Positions 1 through 8,818 of a DNA stretch of 40,222 nucleotides are shown here, one piece after another. This DNA comes from an uncultured Clostridia bacterium (GTDB lineage: Bacteria > Bacillota > Clostridia > TANB77 > CAG-508): assembly GCA_944392415.1 (NCBI GenBank), contig CALXWN010000001.1:1-40222 (forward strand), given 5' to 3'. The notes beneath the pieces were generated by a model, which saw only the letters and a list, made by a program, of their open reading frames with translations, made no database searches and had not been told where the DNA came from. Numbering within the stretch: position 1 is the first letter of the stretch; each line of letters starts with the position of its first letter. The translations under genes were made by a program, and so were the position numbers.

Positions 1-305
1 AAGAAAAGTAGTATGAATATTTATGCCAATCTTTTTAAATCATCTCATAAAATTCGACATAATTATACAAAATTCTACAAAAAATGTCTAGTAAATAAAT
101 TAAAATATTGTAAAAAAATTTACAGTGTGATAATATTTTTATATATAAAATTGAATTAATAACTTAATAATTTTAGATTTAAAAGAATAAATACAAAAAA
201 AGAAAATAAAATAATTTTATAAAGAAATTTAAAATGTGCCTAATAATAATAGAAATTAAAAAACTTAAAGATAAAGTTAAAAAAATAAAGAAAAGGATTT
301 GTAAT

Positions 306-1865
306 ATGAGAAGGAAAAAAGAAACAAAACCAAAGATGAAGAAAAAAGTTTTAATAATAGTTTTGATTATAGCATTTGTAATAGTTATTTCAGTTGCTTT
401 TAGCTTGATAAATATAGGAAACAATAAAATATATCCAAATATAGAAGTGCAGGGAGTTTCTGTTTATGGAAAAGAACAAGAAGAAGCAAATATTGAATTA
501 AATAAAATATATAATGAAAAAAAGTTGACAGGTATTATATTGAAGCAAGGTGATTATGAAACAACCATATCTTTTGATCAATTGGGAGTGAGTGCTAATA
601 TTGGAAATGCAGTAACTGAGGCATATTCTATAGGAAGAAGTGGAAATATAATAACTAATAATTACAATATTTTATTAAGATATTTTATTCCACAAAATAT
701 AGAAATTAATTTTACAATAGACGAGAACAGTATAGATAAAATTATAGAAGATGTGGAGTCAAAACTACCAAATGTAGTTGTAGATAATGATTATTATATT
801 GATGGAGATAAATTAATTATAACAAAAGGAAAAGCTGGTGTTATAATAAATAAAGACGAATTGAAGCAAACAATAATTGCAGAAATTAAAGACTTTTCAG
901 ACGAAGATTATACCATAGAAATACCAGTAATAGAAACTTCACCGGAAGAAATAAATATAGAAAAGATAGCTGATGAAATAACCTGCGAACCTCAAAATGC
1001 TTACTTAAGTGAAGACCCTCTTGAAGTACATGCAGAACAAGATGGAGTGAGCTTAGCAATATCAATAGATGAAGCTAAATCAATACTTGCAGAAGATAAA
1101 GAAGAGTATGAAATTCCACTAACAATAACAGAAGCAGAAATAAAGGTAACAGATTTAGGAGAAGATGCATTTCCAAATTTACTAGGAACTTGCACAACGA
1201 ACTATGATGCAAGTAATATAAACAGAAATAATAATTTGGTATTAGCAGCAGAAAAGTTGAATGGAACAATTGTTAACCCAGGAGAAACTTTCTCATACAA
1301 TCAAACGATAGGACAAAGAACTATTGCAGCAGGCTTTAAAGAAGCAAAAGCTTATGCAAATGGAAAAGTAGTATTAGATGTAGGCGGTGGCATTTGTCAA
1401 CTATCATCAACATTATATAATTCTGTTTTACTATCAAATTTAGAAGTAGTAGAAAGAAGAAGCCATTATTTTAAAACATCATATTTACCAGCAGGTCGAG
1501 ATGCTACAGTATCTTGGGGCTCGGTAGACTTTAAATTTAAAAATAATAGAAAATACCCTATAAAGATAGTAGCAACAGCTCAAGATGGAGTAGTAAAAGT
1601 AGATATTTATGGAATAAAACAAGATGACGATTATGATGTAACAATAGAATCAGAAGAAACAGGTGTAATACCTATGGAAACTATATATGAGGAAGACAAT
1701 TCTTTGGTAGAGGGACAGCAAGTAGTGACTCAAAGAGGAGAAGATGGCTGTACAAGTGAAACATACAAAACGCTTTCTAGAAATGGTATAGTAGTTTCTA
1801 GAACATTGGTATCAAAAGACACATATAATGATTTGCCAACTATAATTAAACAAAATGTGAATTGA
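306..1865 (+). CDS. VanW family protein with C-terminal G5-like domain and N-terminal membrane anchor
   Basis: ORF 234..1865. Start placed at ATG 306 (MRRKKETKPKMKKKVLIIVLIIAFVIVISVAF = basic stretch + one TM helix); ATG 336 is also possible. VanW-type core NPGETFSYNQTIG...GGGICQLSSTLYNSVL...ERRSHY...GRDATVSWG..DFKFKN. C-terminal G5-like EGQQVVTQRGEDGCTSETYKTLSRNGIVV. Confidence 0.8.
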   Translation: MRRKKETKPKMKKKVLIIVLIIAFVIVISVAFSLINIGNNKIYPNIEVQGVSVYGKEQEEANIELNKIYNEKKLTGIILKQGDYETTISFDQLGVSANIGNAVTEAYSIGRSGNIITNNYNILLRYFIPQNIEINFTIDENSIDKIIEDVESKLPNVVVDNDYYIDGDKLIITKGKAGVIINKDELKQTIIAEIKDFSDEDYTIEIPVIETSPEEINIEKIADEITCEPQNAYLSEDPLEVHAEQDGVSLAISIDEAKSILAEDKEEYEIPLTITEAEIKVTDLGEDAFPNLLGTCTTNYDASNINRNNNLVLAAEKLNGTIVNPGETFSYNQTIGQRTIAAGFKEAKAYANGKVVLDVGGGICQLSSTLYNSVLLSNLEVVERRSHYFKTSYLPAGRDATVSWGSVDFKFKNNRKYPIKIVATAQDGVVKVDIYGIKQDDDYDVTIESEETGVIPMETIYEEDNSLVEGQQVVTQRGEDGCTSETYKTLSRNGIVVSRTLVSKDTYNDLPTIIKQNVN

Positions 1866-1876
1866 TGAGTATAAAA

Positions 1877-1901
1877 AAGAACTATGAAACGTATAGTTCT
1901 T
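1877..1901. terminator. bidirectional intrinsic terminator between convergent genes
   Basis: AAGAACTAT-gaaacgt-ATAGTTCTT, a 9-bp perfect stem with an A-run to the left and a T-run to the right. It lies between the VanW stop (1865) and the hepT stop (1903). Confidence 0.6.
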
Positions 1902-1902
1902 T

Positions 1903-2247
1903 TTATTTCTTTTCTACATCTATTATCTTTTCTAAATTATCTTTTAAAGGATTTAAATCGTTTTGTACAATATCCCAAATAATATTTACATTTATACCCT
2001 CATAATCATGTACTATTCTATTTCTTATTCCTTTTAAAATATTCCACTTAATCTCTGGATATTTAATTTGAGTTTCTTTGTCTATATTTTTTACTAATTC
2101 TCCTATTTGACTTATAGCAAAAATTGTAGCATCTATCTTTTCCTCGTTGTTGGAAAATGTATCATAAGTACAGTCCTTTGTATACTTAAATGCTTTTTCA
2201 ATATAAGTTATCATCTTCGATAAAGATATAAATTCTTTACTTTTCAT
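1903..2247 (-). CDS. hepT: HepT-like (DUF86) toxin of a type VII HepT/MntA toxin-antitoxin pair
   Basis: ORF 1903..2256. Start at ATG 2247, preceded by GGAG 9 nt upstream. Carries the HepT Rx4HxY signature (RNRIVHDY). Overlaps the stop of the upstream nucleotidyltransferase gene by 11 nt. Confidence 0.8.
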   Translation of the reverse strand: MKSKEFISLSKMITYIEKAFKYTKDCTYDTFSNNEEKIDATIFAISQIGELVKNIDKETQIKYPEIKWNILKGIRNRIVHDYEGINVNIIWDIVQNDLNPLKDNLEKIIDVEKK

Positions 2248-2551
2248 AAACAACAACTCCAGTTTTCTTTATTTCACTATCTATTTTTGAATTTTCTATA
2301 ATTTCTGACTTTTCAAATCCATCTACTTTTTTATTAAAGTTATCTTCTATTTCACATATTAAACTAATAAGATTAAAACCTTTTATAGTATTATTTGTAT
2401 CAATAACTAAGTCTATATCACTACCTTTATTAGCTTTATTTTTGGCATAAGAGCCAAACAAAGTAACTCTTTTTACTGGCTTATTTTTCAATATTTTATT
2501 TAATATGATACGTATTTCTTCAATACTATATATTTTATCATTCATAGTCAT
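2237..2551 (-). CDS. mntA: MntA-like minimal nucleotidyltransferase (antitoxin partner of HepT)
   Basis: ORF 2237..2566. ATG 2551 is preferred because GGAG lies 9 nt upstream, whereas ATG 2566 has no RBS. Carries the GSx10DxD nucleotidyltransferase motif (GSYAKNKANKGSDIDLVID). Confidence 0.8.
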   Translation of the reverse strand: MTMNDKIYSIEEIRIILNKILKNKPVKRVTLFGSYAKNKANKGSDIDLVIDTNNTIKGFNLISLICEIEDNFNKKVDGFEKSEIIENSKIDSEIKKTGVVVYEK

Positions 2552-2626
2552 ATAGATCGACTCCATACATTCATATAATTATTTTTATTATTCATACATT
2601 GAAAAATTAAAAAAGAAAATAAATTT

Positions 2627-2702
2627 TGGTGCACCTCCGGGGGGTCGAACCCCGGACCTTCTGATTAAGAGTCAGCTGCTCTACCAACTGAGCTAGAGGT
2701 GC
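2627..2702 (-). tRNA. tRNA-Lys (anticodon CUU), CCA encoded
   Basis: Reverse complement GCACCTCTAGCTCAGTTGGTAGAGCAGCTGACTCTTAATCAGAAGGTCCGGGGTTCGACCCCCCGGAGGTGCACCA. Acceptor GCACCTC/GAGGTGC, anticodon loop CTCTTAA, T-arm CGGGG-TTCGACC-CCCCG. 76 nt. Confidence 0.95.
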
Positions 2703-2734
2703 AAATGAATAAATAAAAATCATGAACACAATTT

Positions 2735-2763
2735 ATTATAATACTAATACTCGCTTTTGTCAA
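2735..2763 (-). promoter_or_regulatory. consensus sigma-A type promoter for tRNA-Lys
   Basis: The minus strand reads TTGACA-aaagcgagtattagtat(17 nt)-TATAAT. The -10 ends about 32 nt upstream of the mature tRNA 5' end. Confidence 0.55.
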
Positions 2764-2942
2764 CCAACTATAAAGAAAAATTAGCATTCTATGATTAATT
2801 TATGATAATGTCTTAATAAATCATTTGAGAAAAAAGATTATTTTTCTATTGTAAATATTTTAATTAATGATATAATTTTTATTAGAAAATATAGAATTTG
2901 TAAAAAAATATGGAAAATAAATAATATATAAGGGGATAAAAT

Positions 2943-3674
2943 ATGTTTAGAAATCGAGGAGAAACACCAAATATAAATACAGGCAGTGGAGATCATGGGC
3001 CTAAAGGCTATAGTGCACCACATTACTCGCACTATTGGAATGGAAGATTTGTTATAATTCATTATGATAGATCCTTTGTTGCCATATCATTAATTGCAAC
3101 AGCTATAATATTAATCACTGCATTTTGTGCATACTTATTTGGATACGAAGTACCTTTTGAAGACCCAATTACTTCTGTAAAAAGTAATTTTTTAACTGCA
3201 CAATTAGTAGCAATTATTGCAACAATTGCACTAGTCATATTAGCTGTATGTTTTACTAAAAAGAGTAAAGAAACTTTAATTAGATATTTAAGAATTATAG
3301 CAGTTGCATCTCTATTATCTATTATAGTATTTTGGGGAGTAAAGTATTATTTAGATACTCAGTATAATGAAGAAACATTTACTACATTTTATAATGAATA
3401 TGAAGCGGAAAATAATGATGAAAATTCAAAAAGACTAACTTATGGTCTTTCTAGCATAAATATAACATCACCAGAGCAAGCATATATAAAAGAAAGCACA
3501 AATGCATATACGAATTTTACTATAAAAGTTATGTTATATATTTTTCTTCAATTTTTGCTTGTTATATTAATATTATATTTTTCTTTTAGATTAGCACACA
3601 TAGAGGAGAAAAAAGCAAAACTTGAAAAAGATGACAAAGTTTTATTTGATGATGTACAAAATGTTAAATTCTAA
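2943..3674 (+). CDS. hypothetical multi-pass membrane protein
   Basis: ATG 2943, with RBS AAGGGGA about 7 nt upstream. Several hydrophobic helices (FVAISLIATAIILITAFCAYLF, LVAIIATIALVILAVCF, IIAVASLLSIIVFWGV, VMLYIFLQFLLVILILYF). I did not recognise a family. Confidence 0.65.
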   Translation: MFRNRGETPNINTGSGDHGPKGYSAPHYSHYWNGRFVIIHYDRSFVAISLIATAIILITAFCAYLFGYEVPFEDPITSVKSNFLTAQLVAIIATIALVILAVCFTKKSKETLIRYLRIIAVASLLSIIVFWGVKYYLDTQYNEETFTTFYNEYEAENNDENSKRLTYGLSSINITSPEQAYIKESTNAYTNFTIKVMLYIFLQFLLVILILYFSFRLAHIEEKKAKLEKDDKVLFDDVQNVKF

Positions 3675-3679
3675 AATCA

Positions 3680-3707
3680 AAGCCCTTGGACTTGTTTCCA
3701 AGGGCTT
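3680..3707. terminator. bidirectional intrinsic terminator
   Basis: AAGCCCTTGGA-cttgtt-TCCAAGGGCTT, an 11-bp perfect stem between the convergent genes ending at 3674 and 3745. Confidence 0.7.
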
Positions 3708-3744
3708 ATTTAGTAGCAAAATATAGTAAAAAATCTCCATAAAA

Positions 3745-4245
3745 CTACAATTTCTCATAAAAAGCATCAGTAGGGTTTGTATTTTTATCTGTACCGTCAG
3801 CTCTTCTAATTGATTTGCATGCTACAAATAGTAAAATAATTATTGCCACTAAAGTAACATCATATAAATAAGGCTCAATATAGAAAAAGAATTGGTCTGG
3901 AGAAGTATAGTAATAAATCAATTCTGTAATTACTTCTCCAACATTTACTAATAAATTAATTAAATCATAAATAATTAGCCAACCAACTGGAAGCATAGCA
4001 ATTATAGTAAAAGTTTTGGCTTTAGAATAATCTTTAGCCTTTATTTTATTTATAGCTAATATGGTAAATATAAAAGATATAATCTCAAAAATTAAGCCAA
4101 AATCAAAATTGTTAAAAAACAATGCTATAGCATAAGTAATAAAGCTAAGAATAAATATTACAACACAAATTTTTAAAATATTAACAGCTTTTTCGCTATT
4201 TATTTTTTCAATATGCTCTTTATTTTTTAAATCTTCTAATTCCAT
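3745..4245 (-). CDS. hypothetical membrane protein
   Basis: ORF 3745..4314. Start moved to ATG 4245 (MELEDLKNKEH...), which is preceded by GGGGGAA. Four or more hydrophobic segments. No recognised family. Confidence 0.6.
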   Translation of the reverse strand: MELEDLKNKEHIEKINSEKAVNILKICVVIFILSFITYAIALFFNNFDFGLIFEIISFIFTILAINKIKAKDYSKAKTFTIIAMLPVGWLIIYDLINLLVNVGEVITELIYYYTSPDQFFFYIEPYLYDVTLVAIIILLFVACKSIRRADGTDKNTNPTDAFYEKL

Positions 4246-4332
4246 AATTCCCCCATGTAAAATAATTATAAATATTTTATACTTATCCAAAAGATATTTC
4301 AATAGAAATATCAATAAAAAAGTCGTAGACGA

Positions 4333-4361
4333 TTTACATAATCAAATTTGCGTGATATAAT
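4333..4361 (+). promoter_or_regulatory. sigma-A type promoter with extended -10
   Basis: TTTACA-17 nt-TGaTATAAT (TTTACA 4333-4338, TATAAT 4356-4361), about 30 nt upstream of the RBS of the 4393 gene. Confidence 0.45.
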
Positions 4362-4392
4362 GTATAATAGTTTTAAAATAAGGAGATTTAAA

Positions 4393-6597
4393 ATGTATAG
4401 TAAAGAAATAAAAGAAAAAGTACTATATTTATTATCACAAGGGGAAACAGTAAAAAGGGTACAAGAAATTTTGTCTAAAGAAAATGAAATAACAATATCT
4501 ATGCCAACAATTTATTCTTGGAAAAAGAAAGCAATAGGTGTTTCAAAAGAAGAACAAAGCAAAGTAAGTAAAAAAGAAAAGCAACCTACTGAAAAAGATA
4601 AAGTAAAAAAAGATGATAAGAATGCTTCACAAACATCCGCTGATGAAAACTATGCAACAAATGTTAGGCAAGATGAAGTAGACTCAAGTAATGAACCTGA
4701 GGTACCTAAAAGGGACATCAAAGGTAAAAGAACATTTAATAGTAGTAAGCCAGTATACAAAGATAAAAATATTGAAATGCTTGTGAATGCAATAGCAAAA
4801 ATTAAGTTATTAATAAATCAAAAGTTATTTGAAAATGCTTTAAATTTATGTGAAAAATATACAACAGAATATTATGCAAATAAATATCCAAGGCAAGTGT
4901 CATATTTGGAAAATCAAAAGTTACAAGCAATGATAGAGTTAAGGATGAATGGAGAGGCATTAAAATTGGAAGAAGAATTAGAAAGAAAATATCCTTGGAA
5001 TACATCAGCATTTAGAATTCAAAAAACAAGAGCATTAACTTACAATTCTGCTTTTAAAGAAGCAATAGAATTAAGCAAAAAATGTGAGGAAGAATATCCG
5101 AAATATGCTTTACAATTTGCTTCCTTAAGAGTGAATGCATATTTGCAATTTGAAAGATATGATGAAGCACTAAGAGAAATGGATGGCATGATTGAAAAAT
5201 ATGGCATAGATTATGTTTACAGTCTAAAAATAAGTGCATTAATTGGCTTAGAAAGATATGATGAAGCTATTGAAAGTTCAAAAACTTATGAAAATGAGTT
5301 TTACACACATAGAAAATTCAAAAGTGCTATTGTATTAGCTTCACAAAGGGTAAAAGCTTTAATGCAAAGCAAAAATTATGAAGAGGCTGAAAGAGAAGCT
5401 AAAATAGCAATAAAGAAATACCCGTTAAATAAAACTACTTTTGAAAGTCAAATAATAACAATACTAGCAGAATATAAAGGAGTAGAAGAAGCCACTAAAG
5501 TTATAGAAGAATTGAAAAGACAAAGTCCTGAAAAAAGTTCAATATATGACTCTCAATTAGTAGAGGTTCTTATAAGTGCAAAACAATTTCAAGAGGCAAT
5601 AGAAAAAACAAGAGAATTTGAAGAAAAATATGGAATGATAACAGGTAATAAATTTGCCTCTCAAAGAATAAATGCATTAATAGCATCAGGAAAACTTGAT
5701 GAAGCAGAAAAAGAGGTAATTAAGAGTGAACAAAAGTATCCTAAAAAAGGAGAGAATTTTGCTTCACAAAGGTTGAATATATTGATAGAAAAAGGAGAAT
5801 TAGAAAGAGCAAAAAACTTAGCAGGAGAGTTAATTACTAAATATCCAAAGAGTGAAGCAAGATGGCTAACTATGATAAAGAAAATTAATGATAAAATAGC
5901 ACTTGAAAAATCAAAAAAGAATGACGATAATCCTACAACTACGGTAACTTCAAGTGTAGACAAAAAAACTACATCAGTACAAAAAGAAGGTTCCAAAAAC
6001 GAGACTGCATCACCAAAAGAGATTAAAGATGATACAAAAACAAAAGCAGTAAATAAAGAATCATCTTTATCAGGAAAAGATAGTAATTCAGAACCGCAAG
6101 TAGGAAAAGACACTGACACGCCACAGCCAGCAGAAAAACCAAAAGCATCACTACAAAAAATATTAGAAATGAGCGAAGAAGAATTTGAAACTTATGCAAA
6201 AACATTACCAAATAGAGAAACACTATTTGCAGTAGTAGCTAGAAGCAAAAAACAAAATCAAGATAAACTTGCAATTGGATACATAGACATGTACTTGAAA
6301 AAGCATGAAAATGCAGATAGTGATTTAGCAAAACAATTAAAAACAATGGCAAAAGCAAAAACACCAATATTTGATACTGCAAAATGGGATGCTTTGGCCA
6401 AAAGATTTAATTTAGACTTCAACAGTGGAGCTAAAACACTATTAAGACAAATGGTAGAATTAGCAAAGCAAATTAATAATCACCCATTTGATTTGCAAAT
6501 AGATAAAGAAACATTATTAGCTATACAGCAATTAACAAAATTAAGCTTAAGCCCAGATTATCCAGACGAAGGACAAAAAATAGAAATAGAGAGGTAA
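4393..6597 (+). CDS. HTH domain + TPR-like helical-repeat protein with low-complexity linkers (hypothetical)
   Basis: ORF 4348..6597. Start at ATG 4393, preceded by AAGGAG. N-terminal HTH-like segment EIKEKVLYLLSQGETVKRVQEILSKENEITISMPTIYSWKKK. Repeated ~36-40 aa units ending in KYP (e.g. FASQRINALIASGKLDEAEKEVIKSEQKYP). K/S/T-rich tracts. Confidence 0.6.
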   Translation: MYSKEIKEKVLYLLSQGETVKRVQEILSKENEITISMPTIYSWKKKAIGVSKEEQSKVSKKEKQPTEKDKVKKDDKNASQTSADENYATNVRQDEVDSSNEPEVPKRDIKGKRTFNSSKPVYKDKNIEMLVNAIAKIKLLINQKLFENALNLCEKYTTEYYANKYPRQVSYLENQKLQAMIELRMNGEALKLEEELERKYPWNTSAFRIQKTRALTYNSAFKEAIELSKKCEEEYPKYALQFASLRVNAYLQFERYDEALREMDGMIEKYGIDYVYSLKISALIGLERYDEAIESSKTYENEFYTHRKFKSAIVLASQRVKALMQSKNYEEAEREAKIAIKKYPLNKTTFESQIITILAEYKGVEEATKVIEELKRQSPEKSSIYDSQLVEVLISAKQFQEAIEKTREFEEKYGMITGNKFASQRINALIASGKLDEAEKEVIKSEQKYPKKGENFASQRLNILIEKGELERAKNLAGELITKYPKSEARWLTMIKKINDKIALEKSKKNDDNPTTTVTSSVDKKTTSVQKEGSKNETASPKEIKDDTKTKAVNKESSLSGKDSNSEPQVGKDTDTPQPAEKPKASLQKILEMSEEEFETYAKTLPNRETLFAVVARSKKQNQDKLAIGYIDMYLKKHENADSDLAKQLKTMAKAKTPIFDTAKWDALAKRFNLDFNSGAKTLLRQMVELAKQINNHPFDLQIDKETLLAIQQLTKLSLSPDYPDEGQKIEIER

Positions 6598-6601
6598 ACT
6601 T

Positions 6602-7674
6602 ATGGCAAATATATTAGAATACATAAAAGAATATGGAAATATCACATTTCAAGAAGAAAAATTTAATGAAATAGATAACCTAATATTTTCGAGGTTATCT
6701 TATTTGCCGTTCGAAGATATAAAAATAGAAGAAAAAGAAACATTTGAAACAATAGCTCAAAAACTAAAAGACATAGATATTAAAAAATTTAATATGAAAA
6801 AGGACAAAGAGCTCATTAAATTAGTCGGAAAAAGTAATAGATATAAAGATTTACTTGTAACTGATTATTATTTTTCAAGAGATGACAAAAAGGAAAAACA
6901 ATTCGTGGCAATCACTATTCATCTGGAAAATGAAGAAATATATATTTCATACAGCGGTACAGATGATACACTTGTTGGGTGGAAAGAAGATTTTAACCTA
7001 AGCTTTATGACAAATATACCAGCACAGTCAGAAGCTTTAAAATATATTAGAAGAGTATCTAAAAAATATAATAGCAAAATTCATTTAGGAGGACACTCTA
7101 AAGGTGGAAACTTAGCTGTTTATGCAGGAATATTTTGCTCAAAAAAAGTGAAGATAGAATAATAGATATAACAAATTTTGATGGACCAGGTTTTAATAAA
7201 ACAGTTATAGAAAAAGAAAAATATAAAAGAATATTAAATAAGATAAATACATATATTCCGCAATCTTCTCTTTTTGGAAGGTTGCTAGAACATGAAGAAA
7301 AATATATAATAGTTACTAGTGATCAATATACTCTTATGCAACATGATATATTTTCGTGGAGAATAAATAACAATCAAATTGAAAAAGCGGACAAAGTCAC
7401 AGCCGGTAGCAATTTTATGAATGAAACCGTTAGAAATTGGCTAAAAACCACAAGCCCAAAGCAAAGAGAGCATTTTATAAATACATTATATGAAATGATT
7501 ACAAAAACAAAAGCAAAAACATTTAAAGAATTTACAGCAGAATGGACAAAAAACGTGGGAATTATATTAAAATCATATAAAGATATAAGTAATGAGGATA
7601 AAAAAGAAATAGGAAAGATGATTTTAACCTTTTTTACAGCTGTAAAAGATACTATAATGGAAAAAGTTATTTAG
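6602..7674 (+). pseudogene. Mbeg1-like (DUF2974) alpha/beta-hydrolase, split by a 1-nt frameshift in an A7 run
   Basis: ORFs 6602..7162 and 7135..7674 together give one colinear Mbeg1-like protein: ...GTDDTLVGWKEDFNLSF...GGHSKGGNLAVYAGIFCSKK / SEDRIIDITNFDGPGFNK...IPQSSLFGRLLEHEE. The frame changes inside AAAAAAA at 7141-7147. The second ORF has no RBS and only a TTG start. Confidence 0.75.
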
Positions 7675-7738
7675 AGTTAAATATATAAAAATGTTTTCAA
7701 ATTATTATAAATAAACAAAGGAATAGGGGGAGAATACT

Positions 7739-8692
7739 ATGATAAAAATATACAATACAGATATTTTAACAGATAAATTTGAGGAGATAAATGAATATAG
7801 AGAAGGTTCATGGATAAATATGATAAATCCTAGCGAGGATGAAATAAGAACAGTTTGCAGTAATTTAAATATACAAGAAGATTTTATAAGATATTCACTA
7901 GATAGTGAAGAAAAAGCCAGAATAGATTATGAAGAAGATGATGATACAGTATTATTTATTATGGACGTGCCTATTATAGAACAGGTGGAGAACCATGAAA
8001 TATACACAACAATGCCATTTGGTATGATAGTGGTAAGAGATGATTTTATAATTACAGTTTCATTAAAAGAATTAGATATACTAAAAGATTTTACGATTAA
8101 CAAAGTAAAAGGATTTGCCACATACAAAAAAAGCAGATTTATTTTACAAGTAATGTACAAAAATTCATCTAGTTATTTGAATTATTTAAAATTAATTAAT
8201 AGGGAAACAGAAATTGCCGAAAATAGATTAAAAAGCTCTATGAAAAATAAAGCATTATTAAAATTACTAGATTTGGAAAAATCTTTGGTATATTTTATAA
8301 CATCTTTAAGAGCAAATGAAGCGGTAATGGAAAGAACTATAAAAATTAAGAATATTAAATTATATGAAGATGATGAAGACATATTAGAAGATGCAATTAT
8401 TGAAAACAAGCAAGCTATAGAAATGAGCAAAATATACAAAGATATATTAGATAGCACAATGGACGCATATTCTTCTATAATTTCAAATAATCTAAATGAA
8501 GTAATGAAACTTTTAACATCAATAACAATTATAATATCAATACCAACATTAATAGCTTCACTTTGGGGAATGAATGTTGAAGTACCTTTTGAGATAGAAA
8601 AATACGGATTTTGGATACTTTGCGGAATAGCATTTGTGGTTACAGCAGTTACAATTGTGCTATTAAATAAAAAAGGATTGCTGGGAAAGTAA
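7739..8692 (+). CDS. corA: CorA family magnesium/cobalt transporter
   Basis: RBS GGGGGAG. 317 aa with two C-terminal TM helices flanking the GMN signature (LWGMNVEVPF). Confidence 0.85.
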   Translation: MIKIYNTDILTDKFEEINEYREGSWINMINPSEDEIRTVCSNLNIQEDFIRYSLDSEEKARIDYEEDDDTVLFIMDVPIIEQVENHEIYTTMPFGMIVVRDDFIITVSLKELDILKDFTINKVKGFATYKKSRFILQVMYKNSSSYLNYLKLINRETEIAENRLKSSMKNKALLKLLDLEKSLVYFITSLRANEAVMERTIKIKNIKLYEDDEDILEDAIIENKQAIEMSKIYKDILDSTMDAYSSIISNNLNEVMKLLTSITIIISIPTLIASLWGMNVEVPFEIEKYGFWILCGIAFVVTAVTIVLLNKKGLLGK

Positions 8693-8759
8693 GAAATTAT
8701 TAATAAAAATATTACAGAGCTCATCTCCAAAAAATGTGAAATAGCACAAAACATAGTAC

Positions 8760-8788
8760 TTGATAAATAAGACATAATCTAGTATAAT
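8760..8788 (+). promoter_or_regulatory. sigma-A type promoter of the ABC-F gene
   Basis: TTGATA(8760-8765)-17 nt-TATAAT(8783-8788), 30 nt upstream of ATG 8819. Confidence 0.45.
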
Positions 8789-8818
8789 TAAATTTATGAA
8801 AAAGAGCAAGGAGGAAAT

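Noticed and set aside
5661-6119. Antisense or low-complexity ORFs in the six-frame track (e.g. 179..424-, 1001..1195-, 5661..6119-, 8182..8775-, 9559..9852-, 23564..24058-, 27660..28010-, 29732..30172-, 37895..38347-, and the many short ORFs inside the NRPS).
   Set aside because: All lie inside, and opposite to or out of frame with, genes that have clear family motifs. They lack RBSs and have the L/I/F/S-rich composition expected from reading AT-rich coding DNA in the wrong frame.
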